DNA of 64,000 nucleotides from Rhina ancylostomus (Eukaryota). Location: assembly GCA_030265395.1 (NCBI GenBank), contig JARFYF010000052.1, positions 114,726,505-114,790,504 on the forward strand, in the 5' to 3' direction. The translations under genes were made by a program, and so were the position numbers. This document shows, piece after piece, positions 62,230 to 64,000 of this stretch. Position 1 is the stretch's first letter, and the number at the start of each line of letters is the position of its first letter. The notes under the pieces were generated by a model. That model was given only the letters and a program-made list of their open reading frames with translations. It ran no database searches and was not told the origin of the DNA.

Positions 62230-62830
62230 GCATGGATTTGAAGTTCTCAATACTATCTTAAATGTTCCTTCTCCACTTCGAGAGAGCCCTAGGAGTCAGT
62301 GGACATGTTGCTTTTCTTCAAGTCTTTAAGCATATTCTTGAATCATTACATCTAGTAATCTCTACTCAGAGCAGTGCTGGTTTAGAATGCATGTTTGTGA
62401 AGTCTGTTATTGGGCATGAGAACACCGTGACCTACACAATGTATGAATATAACTAGGGCTGAATGAGTATAACTAGGGCCTTAATGCTAGAGAAATTAGC
62501 TTGGGAGAGATAACTGATATTGGCCCACTTATCCTTTCAATGAATTTGGAGGATTTTGCAGGACAATGTTGGTATTTTTCCAGTGTATCAAGATGCCTGC
62601 TGTAAATAGCTCAGGTCTCCAAAGGTGTAGGTGGGCAAGAATCATAGCTACCTGATAGACTATGAGTTTTGTGTTTGGTCTGAGATCTTGAAGTTCAAAT
62701 ACCCTTTTCCTCAGTTGACCATCACTGCATTGATGGTGCAGTGAAGATGGTGGTGAATTTCATCATCAATGTCTCCCTTCACTGGTCTAACTATTTCTGT
62801 TAAGACTGAACTTCCTAAGCCTATCACAAG
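62230..62830 (-). mobile_element. Decayed RTE-clade LINE, 3' part
   Basis: Minus strand KGDIDDEIHHHLHC and cacaaaactcatagtctatcagg, parallel to 25150-25930. Confidence 0.65.
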
Positions 62831-63471
62831 GCAACTCAGTTCAACACTGTGGGTATTCACTTTCCCGATGTAAATTGCAATTGGAATTACTTGCATTTTT
62901 TTAGTCTCTGCAGCATCTGGAAAAATGCTCTTAATCATTCTGTTTGTGAAGAGAACATGCTAACTTGAACAGAAACTATTGCCATCATGCATTAAAATAA
63001 TGTATTAAGGGTTGCAATCAGTGCCAGTATGGCAGGCGACCAGCAAGAATTTAAGGTGATTTAAACCACATTGGACACTGCAGCATATTAAATGCTGAGA
63101 GCTGTTACTTCATTCTGTAAATTTTATTTAAGATAAATCACAATTACTCTTCTACCATATTTGTACTTGTCCAAGGTTTTGTATGCATTAGCTTATGTTA
63201 TAGTCATGAGCTTACCGATAATGACAAGTCATCAAATTGAAGTTGGAATATAAACTAGATACAGCAGATGGCTTATACCAACAGATTCCAGGCTGTCCTT
63301 GTGTTAAACAGATATGATTGACAAAATGTACTGTGAACTCAGATTTGGGCATTTATTGAAACAGTGACCCTTTTGAGTCCTGCATTCTGTAATAAATGTT
63401 CAGTCTATGTACATTGAGAATTGCAAGAAAAAGCATAAAAATAACAGTAAAACTTTAAATTCTTGTGGGAT

Positions 63472-63680
63472 TAGATGGTTCAGAGCATTTGTAAACTGCC
63501 CTTTCACTTCATAGACCAGAGTTTCAATCCAGTCTACGCAAATGAGTCAAGATCTAAGAACCCAATGTAATACAGAGCATCTGATTGACAATAATTAACT
63601 GCACATAACTTCAGTCAATATCTCACCAAAATGGCAATTTCACTCTCATGCCCCAGTGATGGTTGGTTTGAGAGGTGAAC
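63472..63680 (+). mobile_element. Ancient tRNA-SINE remnant (LF-SINE-like)
   Basis: gatggttcag...gccctttcacttc...gtttcaatccagtc resembles the LF-SINE head as recalled. Confidence 0.35.
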
Positions 63681-64000
63681 AAATCAATACTAGTGGTTGT
63701 TTTGAAGGATTTAATTGTATAGCTGTGGGTGAGTGAAGGAGACTTAGTTAGCATTTAATCCAACTGCATATAATGCTGCTATGTTTTACAAATAATGAAG
63801 AGCCAATAATAAGTTTTGTGTTTGTATCCTAACACTATAGCTGGCTTCAGGGTAAATCTGGGAATGTTACCAGTCTGCTCCAGGAACTCTGCTCATCATT
63901 CGCCATTGAAAGCCATGTCTGTTGAGGTGGCTTTCCATTCTGGGCTTTCATAAAGTCACAAAATTTAAGGAGGTCAAAAGTAGCAGATTTCAGATGGAAC

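Overview
This is vertebrate genomic DNA, AT-rich and most likely from a cartilaginous fish (shark or ray), judged from HE1/V-SINE, SacSINE1-like Deu-SINE, CR1/HER1, Rex1 and Penelope repeats. The whole window appears to lie inside the atypical cadherin gene FAT4 on the + strand. Four consecutive coding exons join in frame with canonical AG/GT sites: 40472-40652, 47055-47305, 49866-54331 and 59949-60053. They encode the distal cadherin repeats and the first four EGF-like domains. No exon was recognised in 1-40471, so that stretch is read as one large intron filled with decayed transposons (CR1, RTE, Rex1/Babar, Penelope, Harbinger, a Tc1/mariner MITE and SINEs). Three observations stand out. 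First, Penelope-derived terminal repeats carry minimal type I hammerhead-ribozyme motifs; one copy with an intact core sits in a 190-bp fold-back mini-element with an 11-bp target-site duplication. Second, an in-frame tandem splice acceptor (CAGCTACAG) may be conserved with human FAT4. Third, the apparent frameshift in the giant exon is an assembly artefact, because most 100-N gaps have duplicated flanks. All family calls come from visual motif recognition with no database search, and repeat boundaries are approximate unless a target-site duplication (TSD) is given.
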